Assembly (NCBI GenBank): GCA_028534125.1
Contig: CM052817.1
Location: 30,320,001 to 30,384,000 of the forward strand
Direction of reading: 5' to 3'
From: Lama glama
Taxonomy: Eukaryota
DNA: 64,000 nt
The notes under the pieces were generated by a model. It was not told where the DNA came from and searched no databases. It saw nothing but the letters and a program-made list of their open reading frames with translations. Position 1 is the stretch's first letter; each line of letters starts with the position of its first letter. The position numbers and the translations under genes are program-made. Below, piece by piece: positions 40,222-54,183 of the stretch.

Positions 40222-41405
40222 TATTTCACAGAACTGGAATAATAATTCTAAACTTTGTATGGAACTACAAAAGAACCAGAATAATTAAAACAACCTTGAG
40301 AAAGAAAAACAAAACTAAAGGTATCATGGGCCCTGACTTCAAACTATACCACAAAGCTATAGTAATCAAAACAGTATGGTACTAATATAAGGACACACAG
40401 ATCAATAGAACAGAATTGAAAGCCCAGAAATACACCCATATATATATATATATATATATAGACAATTAATTTACAGCAAAGAAGCAAGAAACATACATTA
40501 GAGAAAGGATAGTCTTTTCAATAAATGGTGCTGGGAAAACTGGACAGTCACAAGCAAAAGAATGATAACTAGACCACTATCTTATACCACATATAAAAAT
40601 TAACTCAAAATAGATTACAGACTTGAAACAAAAAGATAACTAGAAGAAAAAATAGGTGGTAACTTCACTGATGTCAGTCTTAGCTATGTTTTTGTGGATT
40701 TGATTTCTAATGCAAGGGAAACAAAAGAAAAATAAACAAATAGAACTACATCAAACTAAAAAGCTTCTGCACAGTGAAGAAAACCACTATTAAAACAATC
40801 TACTCAATGGGAGAAGATATTACCAAATCATGTATCCAAGGAGATAATATCCAAACTATATAAAGAACTCATAAAACTCAACAAAAACAAAAAAACAAAT
40901 AACCAAGTTTAAAAAAAAGGGCAGAGGATCTGAGAAGACATTTTCCCAGAGAAGAAAATTAGATGGGCAACATGCACATGTAAAGATGTTCAACATCATT
41001 AATTATTAGGGAAATGCAAATCAAAGCCACAATGAGATGTCACATTACACCTGTTAGAATGGCTATTATTGAAAAGAAAAAAAATAACAAATATTGGAGA
41101 GGACTTGGAGAAAAGGGAGCCCTTTACACTGTTGGTCAGAGTGCAAACTACTGCAGCTGCTATAAAAAACAGCATGGAGAGTCCTCAGAAATATGTGAAT
41201 AGAACTGGCATATGATCCAGTTATTCCACTTCTGGGTATTTATTTGAAGAACATGAAGACACTAATTCAAAAAGATACATGCATGCCAATGTTCACTGCA
41301 ACTTTATTAACAATAGCTCAAGATATGGAAACAACTTAAGTGCCCATAGATGGATGAATGAACAAAAAAAAAAAAGAGAGAGAGATGTGATCAATTGATC
41401 GATCG

Positions 41406-41438
<33 letters not shown>

Positions 41439-41810
41439 CACTATGGAATACTACTAAGCTATAAAAAAGAATAAAATACTGCTGTTTGTGATGACATGGA
41501 TGGACCTAAATGTATTATGCTAAATGAAATAAGTCACACAGAGAAAGACAAATACAATATGATTTGATTCATATAGGAAATCTAAAAAAAAAAAAGAATA
41601 AACAAAATATAACAAAAATAAATTCACAGATACAGAGCATAGATTAGGAGTTGCCAGAAGGAAAAAGGGTTGGAGAGTGGTCAAAATAGGTGAAGGGAGT
41701 CAACTATATGGTGTTGAATTACAACTAGACTTGTGGTGGTGATCACTTTGTAGTGTACACAGATGTCAAATTACAATGTTGTACACCTGAAACTTATATA
41801 ATAAAAAAAG
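40222..41810 (+). mobile_element. L1 ORF2 C-terminal region plus 3'UTR (non-functional)
   Basis: ORF-track peptides [23 protein letters not shown]...[17 protein letters not shown] and [19 protein letters not shown] are L1 ORF2. Frameshifts and stops are present, with embedded (TA)n and (TATC)n tracts and an A tail. Confidence 0.95.
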
Positions 41811-41819
41811 AATGTATAT

Positions 41820-42260
41820 AGAACCACTATTCTTAACAGTCAAACATGGAAAAAAATACTCAGATATCCATTAACAACTATAGGAAGCATATATTCATTG
41901 GAGAGTATTTGTTCAACTAAATCATACATAATGCATACATCACTCTTATATTCAACAACATACATTATGTTGAGTAAAATAAACTAGAAACAAATAAACA
42001 TAAATACAGTATTATTCCCTTTATATAAATTTCCAAAACAGGCACAATTAGTTTATGGTAATAAAAGTCTTAATAGTTTAATAGTGTTATCTTTGTCGAA
42101 GTTAATGACTGGAAAGGACTGTGAGGGTTGCTTCTGGGCTGATGTTAATGTTTTATATCTTAAACTGGGTGTTCATTACATTGATGTGTTGATCACTTTG
42201 TAAAATTCACTGAATGCTATATTTAACATTTTCTCACCTAAATATATGTAAAAGCTTCCA
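41820..42260 (+). mobile_element. Old L1ME/MD-like 3' fragment
   Basis: CATTATGTTGAGTAAAATAAAC...TGACTGGAAAGG...TTCTGGGCTGATGTTAATGTTTTATATCTT. Confidence 0.6.
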
Positions 42261-42896
42261 GGAAAAGATTGTACTTTATATGATATATAAGTATAATATG
42301 AGCATGTAGCTACTATATATAAATATGTATTTTACTATAAACTTTTTATGTATTTGTCATTCATTGTGACTATCTGTCCATGTCAATAAATCCACTAATG
42401 ATAATATCAAAAATTGTCATATATGTTATTTATCCATCTGGTTAAAATTTGAATCAGTCTGTTAATACCAAAGTAAATGGTACTATCTTTTAAAAAACAA
42501 AAAATTAAATGGAAATATATAAAGCAAATTAGCCATATTTTTTATGAGTTCTCTTTGAGATATATTGGTCTCAAGATTCCTGGAACATAAAGTAAATTCA
42601 ATGGAATGATTGTAAGACAATTCAACTTCATATTTTTTTTTTCTTTCTGGATGAGTCATTTATCTTTAAGATAGGAATGGCATCATGACTTATAAATTAT
42701 TAGCTGGTAGTGGAAAGTCAGCTTTTATGAACTGAAGACAATTAAGACTTCAGTACAAAGGCTGCAGAATGTTCTCAGACTAGAGTTTCTGGGTGGAAAC
42801 ACAAGTTGGAATAAAGTAATATATTTAAGTAAATGAATTGAGACATTTTCTTTTCTTCCTATTCCTAGAAAAGTTACTCCTCCTTCAAGACTGTTA

Positions 42897-43349
42897 CATT
42901 TGCAGCAACATGGATGGACCTAGAGATCATCATACTAAGTGAAGTAAGTCAGACAGAGAAAGACAAATACCATACTTTATCACTCATATGTGGAACCTAA
43001 AATATGAGCCAAATGAACTTATTTGCAAAACAGAAACAGACTTACAGACATAGAAAACAAACTTATTGTTAAACCAACGAGGGAAAGGGGTGGAGAAGGG
43101 TAAATTAGGAGTTTAAGATAAGCAGATACAAACTACTATATATGAAATAGATAGGCAACATGGCGCTACTCTATAGCAAAAGGAGCTATATCCAATATCC
43201 TATAATAAACCGTAATGGAAAAGAATATGAAAAAGAATGTATATAGAGAGTATATATACTCTCTGAATCACTTTGCTGTACACTGGAAACTAACACAACA
43301 TTGTAAATCAACTGTACTTCAATAAATAAAATAAAATAATAAAATAAAA
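42897..43349 (+). mobile_element. L1 3' end (5'-truncated)
   Basis: CATTTGCAGCAACATGGATGGACCTAGAGATCATCATACTAAGTGAAGTAAG...CTGTACTTC followed by an (AATAA)n tail. Confidence 0.92.
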
Positions 43350-46019
43350 GGACACTGCTTAAATGATACCCTTTGAGCACCAATCCTGCACAATGATGCA
43401 CATTCCTCCTTTCAATCCTACTTTGGACAAAATTGATCAACGCCACTGCTGCATGCCTAATGACTGAGTTCTTAGCTTTATTTTAAAGATTTGTTGTTAG
43501 TTGTAAGTATCCATTTCTCCTTATTAAGAATGTATTCAGTGAAAGGTATTGAGCTGTATAGGCAAATTTGGGAGATTCAGGAAGCTGTATCTTATCTTCC
43601 AATATCCTCTCTTATTTCGTCAGATTACCATTTGCTTGATATTTCACAATTACTAGAAATAATTAACACAAACATCATCAGAATTGAATTTAAATTACAT
43701 CAAAATCTTTCCTAAGAACTGGTGTGGGCAAAGAGAAGACGGGGAAAAAGAAAAAAGCAGCAAGCAAGAATGTAGCACGTGTGGTAGAAGGTGAGAAACA
43801 TGAACTGAGAAAGTCTCTTAGAAAAGGATACAGTAGAAAAGTATTTAGGTAGGAAGGAAACTAGTGTTTATTGAGTACCTACTATACATCAGGGATTCGT
43901 CTTCATAGATCCTTATTCTACAGGTGATGAAACTGAGGCCAGAAAAGGCCGGCAATGTGCTGGAGTTCCACCCAGGTACCTAGAAATTAACAGGTACCTC
44001 TAAACTTATCTCTAAAGCCCATCTTTATTTTTTATATGTTTAATTCGCACCTAGAGAAAATAAATGAAAAATATATGATTAAGAAGAGATAGTTATTTGA
44101 ATCGTTTGTTGTCATTTTTCAAAATGTGCCTCAAAACATGCTATAGTGATTTTAAGCAGTGCCTTTTTTTGAAACTTATGAATGTACTTATAAATTCAGG
44201 ATGAAGCCAGGACAGACTTGGCACATGAAAAATATGTTTATTTTTTGCAGAGATCAATTGGGGATAAGACAGCAGCACACTACCTAAAAGCATTTATCAG
44301 GACAAAAACTGGGTCACTTTTGCAATGTTACACCCTCCCAGATATTTCTGCGCCACCCGTGGATACCCCAGCCCATAAGGACCAACTGCTTTAAAGACCC
44401 ATTGTCCCTGGAACCTTTGTAACTCAGTGTTTGTGGCACAAAGAAGTTTGAAAACCACTGCCATAAAAATACATTCTAGAACCTGTAATTCAATTTTGTT
44501 TATTTCAAAATAATCACCTTTAACAGCCTGCTACACATTTGGTCTGATACCTTCAATGCTAATAAATTTTCCAAAAGCTAATTTAGGTTTCAGAAAGAAA
44601 GAATAATCATTCAGAACCATTTTTCATTTGTCTCAAGAGGCACGTCCAAGATGTTGATTTGTTCTTGTGGCTGGAAAACTAACAGGAGGTAATTCCAAGA
44701 AGTAAGTCCAGCCATGAATTGAGTAATGGCCACCTCTTGGAACTTCTGCTTCCTTATTTTTGAAAAAAGAATAATAGTGTGTACCACAAACAGGTGGCTT
44801 GTAAAGATTAAGCAAATTAAATAAGATAACAAATGTGAAATAATGAGCAGTACTTCAGGTATAAAAGTTGTGCTCAGTCAACTATAGGTGGAATGGAAGT
44901 TTGATACAATTTAAGGGTGTATCATACATAGGAAGCATGGGAGATCTGAGGAGAAGCCAAACTCTTTCTGTTCAGACAATTCTAGAGGAATCTAATCAGG
45001 TTATGACATAGATGATGAGTGATTTATAACCCATTACTGATGAAAGAAATGCACAAAATAATGGTTAAGAAGCTTAAGATGCTATAAGATACAAAAAGTT
45101 ATAGGTTTATTTTGCTTATTTCTCATGTAGTATCTCTAGCATTCTGAACTATGGTTGCTTTTGTCTCAAGCCATCAGGATTAGAACCTCAAGAACCTCTG
45201 ATTTATATACTTCTCCTTCAGCTACCATCCCCCGCTCCCCACCCCACCACAGCCAACTCATCGCACTGTTATGTGTCTCCAATACCTCCAGCCTGTTTTG
45301 TTCCCTCTGTTACCAGCCTCATTCAGGCCCTCATTGCTATCACCTGGATTACTAGAACATCTTCTGAGAGATCGCCATTTACCATCTCCAAATTGTCCAA
45401 CTCGTATCATAGTGTCACATTAATCTTCAAACGATACAGCAACAATCATACCACTCCCTTGCTCAACGACCTTCAATGCAATGCCTTCCAGTTCCCAAAT
45501 AAATCAGCTTCCAATTTTTCACTGTGGCATATAAGGCTCTCCAAAGTGCAGCTCCAATTTGTCTTTCTGGCCTTATCTTCAACTGTTTCTACACAAGTAT
45601 TATAAATGCTGACTCTACTCTGACTTTCAACTTACATTCTCATTTAACTCTCACAAGAGCACAGATCAAGTGTTAGCCTTTCCAATTTATAGAAGTGTAA
45701 AATGATATGTATTTATGAATGTTACTTAATATTACTTATATAAACTATATATATACCTTTTTATATATCTTTATATTTTTATAATTAACATTGACTTGAC
45801 CAAATCTCACATACAAAATCATTGCTATGATTCAGATTTAGATTTTCTATACCAAAGTCCTTGGGATTTCCAGTAAACCTGAGTACTATCAAGTCAGGAC
45901 ACACCGACAAGATATTTTAACCAGATTCTAGGACTTGGCTTTCAATTTTATTGGCTGGTGAATAAAGCATCCCTTTTCCACATATTGTCATTTATATTTA
46001 GAACTATATGATTTATTCA

Positions 46020-46330
46020 TTAAGATTCTTTGGGTTACAAAGAGTAGACATTGGCACTGGCTAACCTAAGCAAAGCAGAGATTTATTGGAAGGACATTGG
46101 AGTCACTCTTAGAATTAAAGAAAACAGAGTCTCCAAGCATCATAATCACAAAAACTAGGGCATCTCCAAGTACCTTAGCAGCAAATTCTACCATATGAAG
46201 ACTCAGTTTCAATCATCTCTGTCTTTACATGTTCCCATGTGATTTTTCTAAAATCTGATAGGTAGGCTCTGACTGGCCTAGCTTGCGTCATAAGACTGAA
46301 GCTTGTATCAGTTAACCATGCCCAAATGAC
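46020..46330 (-). mobile_element. Old MaLR LTR fragment
   Basis: TAAGATTCTTTGGGTTACAAAG...GGCTAACCTAAGCAAAG...ATTTATTGGAAGGA; TCTGACTGGCCTAGCTTG. Confidence 0.45.
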
Positions 46331-46759
46331 AGAAGTTGCAGTATAAATACAGCCAGTTTTGAGCCAAGCATTTGCCCAAATTTGTGTCTATTACAGATGT
46401 TGGCTCTGCAAAGAGATAATGCAGTCAACATCTTTCATCTCTCTGCATCTATTAATTATAAACTTTCAAAGGAGATTTATATAGGAAAATCTGTGGGATC
46501 ATAGCATACATTTTCTTACTCTAGATGTTATAAATATATTTTTTAAAATTTATGAGACTGAGTTTATTCCTACCAAGGCCAAATAAAAAGAAAATCCAAT
46601 TCTTTCATTCAGTCTGCCATTAAAATATATTTATTGGGTGCCTAAGTTTTGTCCTGAGGATACATTGGTGTATATATAAAAAAAATAGTACTATCTCCAG
46701 AAAAGTAATATAAATCAGCAAGCTGGACTTAACACCGGTCTAGATTGTTAAAGGGCTTT

Positions 46760-46762
<3 letters not shown>

Positions 46763-46796
<34 letters not shown>

Positions 46797-46800
46797 TGTG
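46763..46800 (+). repeat. (TG)n microsatellite
   Basis: Directly visible. Confidence 0.95.
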
Positions 46801-48270
46801 TATGTAGATTTGAATTTGCAGCAGAACGCATCTACTGGACTACATCATGGACATGATCCAATAAAGACAAATTCAGGGTTAGTGAGAATGGAGCTCAGCA
46901 ACATGAGATTGAGAGGTGGTCGGGATCACTTGACTAAGTGGTTCAGAAAGTTGAAAATTTCTGGGGAACTTCTAGATTTTCAAATGACTATCAGCCCCCA
47001 CCATCTGTAGCATGACAGAATCACTGGAGGAAGTGGAACAAGAAGGTTAGGCCTGGGGGCTAGGAACTGCAGTCAAGAACTATGTCTGAGTTCTCCAGCA
47101 CTTGGCAGCGATCAATCCACAAGGAGGCCTGAATCAAGGGTACAGAAATGTCCCCAGAGAACCTCAGAAATATTGGGGGATAGGACTCACTAGATAAGAT
47201 AGAATTTTGCTGATAAACAGGTAGTAACTCAAAACTGTTGAGATTTGGTGTGGTAATCCACGTTATCTCATTTGTAACCAACACTGATGAAGTTTAAGGC
47301 AACCCGTAGATAGTATAGACCTCACCAAAAACTCCACTGCTGTCTTCTCTATCCTGTTTTTACTGTGTTCTCTGATTGCACTGCTCTATAAACCCTGGCC
47401 AAGAGAAGGTATTTTTCCATTAAGTTCACTTCACCAGCCATCTTATTCGTAGCTTTGCTACAAAACCCACCACCAAAATATAAACAAATACATCATTTCA
47501 ATTACAACTGCAAATTAGCCCAGGCACTGTTCTAGGAGACACTATGTACTAGGAACTTTATTTGTACTGTCTTTTCCTCCCTCTTCTTTTTAAATTCTAC
47601 CTTGCCTTGGGTTCACTGTGATTTGTTTATTTGTTTTATTCTCTCTTCTGCACAGTGAACTCTTTTAGGACACAGTCTGTCTTGTTCATATTTGCACTGA
47701 ATTAAATGAAATTGAATGTTTGCATGTATGCAGACCTAGAGTAGTGAGGACATTTTTCTGGAAGGATGATTTGAAAGCCTGGCAAAAAACCCAAAACTTA
47801 TTTTCAGGATACCAAGAAAAAAAGACATCATGAGTTATTACTCTATGTGAAGAAAGCCAAGAGGTTTCTAAAGAAACTCCCTGGGAAAATCAAGGTAGGC
47901 AGACCTAAGGCTTTGAAATGTGTGCTCATACAGAATATATTTTGGGAAATGAAAAATTAAAATGTCTTTATTGAAAGAATAAAATAAAAGTGACATTAAT
48001 ATTGTAAGGTTGAAACTTTATTGAGGAAAATTCTGAATAATATGACCAAGAAATTCTTTGAAGAGAAAACTCTTTGACCCAGACTGATGAGTAGTGGTGG
48101 AAAGAGAGGCCACAGAGTAGGATAAAGTATTTTCAGTCCTGAACTGCCCTCCAAATAATTAAGTCTTTGTTTCTGGCTTTGCCATCAGGGGAACTAAGCT
48201 AAGGCAGGATATAAGCAAGATTAAAGGCCAACAAGTAGACGCCTTCTCTGAGATGGAAGAGAGAGAATGA

Positions 48271-48732
48271 TGTGATGCGATAGACTTAAAAACAACTCCC
48301 CTTCCCCCAGAAGTATCCACGTCAGATCTTTGGAACACGTGGATGTTACCTTATTTGGAAGGAGAGTCTTTGCAGCTGTGATTACGCTAAGGATCTTGAG
48401 ATGCCGGAATAATCCTGGATTTTCTAGGTAAGCTCCAAAGGCCATCACAAATGTCCTTATGAGAGAAAGGCAGAGGGAGATTTCACACAGACACATAGAG
48501 GAGAAAGCAAAACGAAGACAGAGGCAGAGACTGGAGCATTGTGCCAAGGAAATTGAGAACCACCAGAAGCAGAAGGAAGCAAAGAAGGGATTCTCCCCTA
48601 AAGCCTGTGTAGGGAGTTTGGCCCTACTGACACTTTGATTTTCGACTTCTGTCCTCCAGAACCATGAGAGAATAAGTTTCTGTTGTTTTAAGTCACCACG
48701 TTTGTATATGAGCCCTGGGAAATCAAAGCACA
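48271..48732 (+). mobile_element. MaLR solo LTR (MLT1B/C-like)
   Basis: ATGTTACCTTATTTGGAAGGAGAGTCTTTGCAGCTGTGATTA...GAGAATAAGTTTCTGTTGTTTTAAGTCACC. It accounts for the 170-aa ORF at 48221-48733. Confidence 0.88.
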
Positions 48733-48782
48733 TGAATTAAGGTTTGTGTAAGATCACAGGTAAAGGAGGAAAAAGTTAAAAA

Positions 48783-48845
48783 TGTTATTACACCAGAAAT
48801 TGACACAACATTGTAAACTGACTATACTTCAAAAAAAAAAAAAAT
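48783..48845 (+). mobile_element. L1 3' tip
   Basis: TACACCAGAAATTGACACAACATTGTAAACTGACTATACTTC followed by A14. Confidence 0.8.
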
Positions 48846-48926
48846 TCCCAGGAAGAGAAAAAAATAAATGAGATCTTTGCTCCAAAAACAAAAAGCATAA
48901 GAGTAGATCTATATGTGCTGGTCTTT

Positions 48927-50267
48927 TTTCTTTTTTAACATTTTTTATAGAGTTATAGTCATTTTACAATGTTGTGTCACATTCCAGTGTAGAGCACAAT
49001 TTTTCAGTTATACATGAACATACATATATTCATTGTCACATTTTTTCACTGTGAGCTACCAAAAGATCTTGTATGTATTTCCCTGTGCTATACAGTATAA
49101 TCTTGTTTATCTATTCTACATATGCCTGTCAGTATCTATAAATTTTGAACTCCCAGTCTATCCCTTCCCACTCCCTCCCCCTTGGCAACCACAAGTTTGT
49201 ATTCTATGCCTATGAGTCTGTTTCTGTTTTGTATTTATGTTCTTATTTTTTTTATTCCACATATGAGCAATCTCATATGGTATTTTTCTTCTCTTTCTGG
49301 CGTACTTCACTTAGAATGACATTCTCCAGGGACATTCATGGTGCTGCAAATGGCATTATGTTGTCATCTTTTGTGGTTAAATAGTTTTCCATTGTATAAA
49401 TATACCACTTCTTCTTTATCCAGTCATCTGTTAATGGACATTTAGGCTGTTTCCATGTCTTGGCTATTGTAAATAGTGCTGCTATGAACATTGGGGTGCA
49501 GGTGTCTTTTTGAAGTAGGGTTCCTTCTGGATATATGCCCAGGAGTAGAATTACTGAGTCACATGGTAAGTCTATTCCTAGTCCTTTGAGGAATCTCCAT
49601 ACTGTTTTCCACAGTGGCTGCACCAAACTGCATTCCCACCAGCAGTGTAGGAGGGTTCCCCTTTCTCCACAGCCTCTCCAGCATTTGCCATTTGTGGACT
49701 TTTGAATGATGGCCATTCTGACTGGTGTGAGATGATACCTCGTTGTAGTTTTGATTTGCATTTCTCTGATAATTAGTGATATTGAGCATTTTTNNNNNNN
49801 NNNNNNNNNNNNNNNNNNNNNNNNNNNNNNNNNNNNNNNNNNNNNNNNNNNNNNNNNNNNNNNNNNNNNNNNNNNNNNNNNNNNNNNNNNNNNGGTCCCA
49901 TTTGTTTATTCTTGCTTTTATTTCTATTGCTTGGGTAGACTGCCCTAGGAGAATATTTTTGAGATGTATGTCAGATAATGTTTTTCCTATGTTTTCTTCT
50001 AGGAAGTTTATTATATCTTGTCTTATGTTTAAGCCTTCGATCCATTTTGAGTTTATGTTTGTGTACGGTGTAAGGGAGTGTTCTAGCTTCATTGATTTAC
50101 ATGCTGCTGTCCAGTTTTCCCAATACCATTTGCTGAAGAGATTGTCTTTATTCCATTGTATATTCTTGCTTCCTTTGTCGAAGATTAGTTGACCAAAAGT
50201 TTGTGGGTTCATTTCTGGGCTCTCTATTCTGTTCCATTGGTCCATATGTCTTTGTTTTATACCAATG
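48927..50267 (-). mobile_element. Young lineage-specific L1 (ORF2 C-terminus plus 3'UTR) spanning an assembly gap
   Basis: Peptides MDQWNRIESPEMNP...RINKWD and [19 protein letters not shown]...HCWWEC...[40 protein letters not shown] (48912-48926) versus TATGTGCTGATCTTT (50268-50282). Confidence 0.96.
49794..49893. other. Assembly gap (100 N)
   Basis: Run of N. Confidence 1.
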
Positions 50268-51249
50268 TATGTGCTGATCTTTATGTGCTACAGAATGATG
50301 CAGCTAAGTTACAAATTTCCAGTTTGCAATTATATATATGTATGTGATATGTATGTTTCCAGCATGGTTAACTTTGCTGACTAGGACTGCATATGTTGAA
50401 GAACATCTTCTTTCCAAGTTAAATTTTTCCACACTTTGAAATGTTTGCTATGTATGACTTTTTACACTTAATTTTTAAATATTTAATTAAACATTAAATT
50501 CATGACTATAAAACAAAATGTTACCAGGTGGTGTGATTTCTTACTGAAATAAGAGTCAAGTATTAACTGAGTTTTGCAGGATATGAGAGCCTTTTGGAGA
50601 AACTGGGGAAGAAATGACTAAACATAAGGGAAAAGATGTGTGAGAACTCAGAGGTTGGAAATCATGAATGTGTAATGTGTTTATTGTCATCTCTTGGGAT
50701 CTGACAATCAGCAGCAGGGATGCTAAAAAGCAGACAAATCCTTCCAGTCTCGCTGAGTTCTGGGGCTGGACCAAAGATCACAGCAGGGACTGGCAAGAAC
50801 AAGGCAAGAGTTTAATTCCAAGGAGGGGATATATAAATTAAAAGGGCATTACCATACAAATGCACAAACATGGACTCCTTCTAAGAGCTGAGAATTCTAA
50901 GGGATGTCAGTGTCCTAGATGCAAAGCCGAAGCTTGGCTAACAAGGCAGGGCACCTGCTGATGACAAACCAGCATCAGTCATTGCTTGCCATCGGGGTAG
51001 CATCAGCTTCCGTGCCTCAGCTCAGAAGGAATCCCAGAAAGCAGAGTCGAACTGAATTGAATGTGTAAATGAGGAATCCAACGGCTGATTTTCTTTGCAT
51101 AACTAGCATTTTGGACTTCACGCTCTTCTTGCATTTTTTAAAATCTATTTTCAACTTCAATGCTCTTCATTTTCAGCCTAAAGAGTATCTGGGAAGGAGC
51201 AGATAGGAGACAGGGGGCAAGAGAAGGGGAGGAGGAGGAAGTGGAGGAT

Positions 51250-51450
51250 GAGGAAATATCTTTACAAATATCACCTCATACAAAAAAACCTCAGGAGTAT
51301 ATAATGTAAGTGTTATCAACCTTATTTTACAGAGAAGGAAAATGAGATCTGAAAAATTAAATAGCCCAAAGGCACATAATTTGTAAAAGATGAAGCTGAA
51401 ATTCAAGCCCAAGATGGACTGATTCCAATGCCAATTCTCTCATTCATTAC
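51250..51450 (-). mobile_element. MIR fragment
   Basis: TTATTTTACAGAGAAGGAAAATGAG...GCCCAAAGGCACATA...GAAATTCAAGCCCA. Confidence 0.65.
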
Positions 51451-51479
51451 CCATTTTATGCCAATTATTATGCTTATTT

Positions 51480-53620
51480 TTCAAAAATACACTATATTTT
51501 TAGAGAAATTTTAGGCTCACAGCAAAATTGAACAGAAACTACAGAGAGTTCCCATATACAGTCTGTTTCCACAGGTGCACAACCTCTCCTGCTATCAATA
51601 CCCAGACTGCAGCAGTGCGTTTGTTACTATGCTGTTATCAATGAACCTACATTAACACATTTTCACATTCACTCATGATGTACATTCTGTGGATTTTGAA
51701 GACTATATGATGAGATGTATCTACTATCGTAGTATCATACTGAATAATTTCACTGCCCTAAAAATCCTCTGTGCTCTGTCTATTCATCACTCTCGCCCCT
51801 CTATCCTCTGGCAAACACTGATCTTTTCACTGTCTTTATCATTTTGAGGTTTACGGAATGTCAGATAGTTGGAATCATACAATATGAAGCCTTTTCAGAT
51901 TGTCTTCTTCTACTGAGTAATATGCATTTAAGTTTCTTCCATGTTTCTCCATGGATTGATAGCTATAATTTGTTGCAGTGAATAACATTCAATGTCTGAA
52001 AGTATCAGAGTTTATCCATTCACCCAGTGAAGGGCATCTTAGTTGCTTCCAAATTTTGGCAATTATGAATAAAACTGTTATGAACATCTATGTGCTAGTT
52101 TGTATGTTGGCAAAAGTTTTCAACTCAGTCGGGAAAATACAAGGAGAGCAGTTACTGGATCGTATGGGAAGGTATGTTTAATTTTTGTAAGAAACTGCCT
52201 GTCTTCCAAAATGGCTGAAATTTTATATCCAACAGCAATGAATGACAGTTCCTGTTGCTTCCCATCCATATCAGCTTATGAAATTGTCCGTTTTGACCAT
52301 GCTAATAGCTGTGTAGTGGCATTTCATTGTTTAATTTGCAAGTTCCTAATGACATATGATGTTAAACATCTTTTCATATACTTCCTTGCTGACTATCTTC
52401 TTGGGTGAGGTGACTGTTCAATTATTTTGCCCATATTTTAATTGGGTAGCTCATTTTCTTATGCTGAAATTTAAGAGCTCTTTGTATATTTTAGGTAACA
52501 GTCCTTTTTGAGATGTATCTTTTGTGAATATTTTCTCCCAGTTAGTGGCTTCTCTCACATAGAACTTTCAACTTTAATAAAGTCCAGTTTATCAGTTGTT
52601 TCTTTTATGGATCATGCTTTTAGTGTTGTATCTAGAAAGTCATTACGAGAGCCAAGGTTATGCAGATTTTCTTCTATGTTATGTTCCACGAGTTTTATAC
52701 TTTTGTATTTTACATTTTGGTCTGTGATTCACTTTGAGTTAATTTTTGTCAAGGGTGTAAGCTGTGTCTCTAAATTCTTTTCTTTTTTCCACATGTATGT
52801 CCAGTTGTTCCAGCACTGTTTGATGAAAAGACTCTCTTTGCTATTATGTTTGTCAATGTTTTTTTTTTGTTTGTTTTTGCCAATATCACACTGTCTTGAT
52901 TACTGTAGCTTCGCAGTGAGTCTTGAAGAAGGGTTGCATCAGTCTTCTGACTTTGTTCTTCTCTTTCAAGATTGTATTGGCTCTTCTGGGTTTTTTGCTC
53001 CTCCCCATACACTTTGGAATTAGTTTGTCAATGTCCATAAAACAACTTGATGGGTAGCTCGATTTGGAAAGAACTAACTTCTAGACCATATTGACACTTC
53101 CTATCCATAAACATGGACTTTCTCTATATCTTTAGTTCTTTAGTATCTTTCATCAGAGTTTTACAGTTCTTCTCATATAGATAAAAGGGACCTATTTCAA
53201 AATTGTTCCTTTTCCCTTCTTCCTTCTTGGAAGCATGAGGGAATTTTTCTCCACTATTCACTGTGAGAATCTAGTGGAGCACCAGGAGGTAAAACTCACA
53301 AAAGTATGGGGGCCTCCTATGACTGGGTCCCCTTGGAGATTTATCTCTCAGTCTTGTCTGCACTGACTTCCAGAAATTCATTAATTACAGCTCAGGTTTC
53401 CCTACTCCAGTACTGGTTCCTATGGAGTTTTAGCTCATAGGGTTCTGCTCTGGTCTCTGTATCTGCCTATCTGCTCTCTGATTTTTAAGGGCAGTGGCTT
53501 GTCCTGTGATCTCACTCTCTGAGATATCAAAGGAGAGTTGTGGATTTTTCAGTTTATTCAGCTTTTTACTTGTTGTTAGGGTGGTGTGACAATTTCTAAG
53601 CTCTTTAGATGCTAACCAGA
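51480..53620 (-). mobile_element. Old L1 (L1MB/MC-like) 3'UTR plus decayed ORF2, with an adjacent 5'-type fragment
   Basis: TTTTAGGCTCACAGCAAAATTGAACAGAAACTACAGAGAGTTCCCATATAC 3' end, followed by antisense ORF2-like text (TGTCTTGATTACTGTAGCTT). Confidence 0.8.
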
Positions 53621-53767
53621 ATCATTTATGCATACTCTTTAAACCAGTATTTTCAAATCTCTCATACTCTTATCCTTCTTTTCTAATCTGCCTCTCCAAT
53701 TATCACCAACTAATTAAACCATTCATTAAACAGAAGTTACTAAATATCTACTAAGTTTAAAAAGTCT

Positions 53768-54183
53768 TTCAGCAACATGGGTGGACCTAGAGATTATCTA
53801 TTAAGTGAAGTACATAAGACAGAGAAAGACAAATGTCATATGATATAACTTATATGTGGAATTTTAAAAAATGATATAAAAGAACTTATCTACAAATCAG
53901 AAATAGACTCATAGACATAGAAAAACTTATGTTTACCAAAGGGGAAAGGGGTTAGGGAAGGAATAAATTGGAGTTTAGGATTAATATATACACACTATTA
54001 TACATAAAATAAACAACAAAGACCTACTGTATAGCAAAGGGAACTATATTCAATACCTTGTAATAGCCTATAATGAAAAGAAATCTGAAAAAGAATGTAT
54101 ATACATATACAAAGAATTGAGTCACTTTGCTGTACACCTGAAACTAATACAAAGTTGTAAATCAAATATACTTCAATAAAAAA
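53768..54183 (+). mobile_element. L1 3' end (5'-truncated)
   Basis: CAGCAACATGGGTGGACCTAGAGATTATC...CACTTTGCTGTACACCTGAAACTAA...TACTTCAATAAAAAA. Confidence 0.92.

Noticed and set aside
48221..48733. 170-aa minus-strand ORF
   Set aside because: It is an antisense reading of an MLT1 LTR.
49336..50245. 141-aa and 228-aa ORFs with real protein-like sequence
   Set aside because: They are the L1 ORF2 C-terminus of a 5'-truncated insertion; the longer one is inflated by the N gap.
52508..53023. 171-aa hydrophobic ORF
   Set aside because: It is the antisense strand of decayed L1 ORF2; T-rich sequence gives an F/L/S bias.
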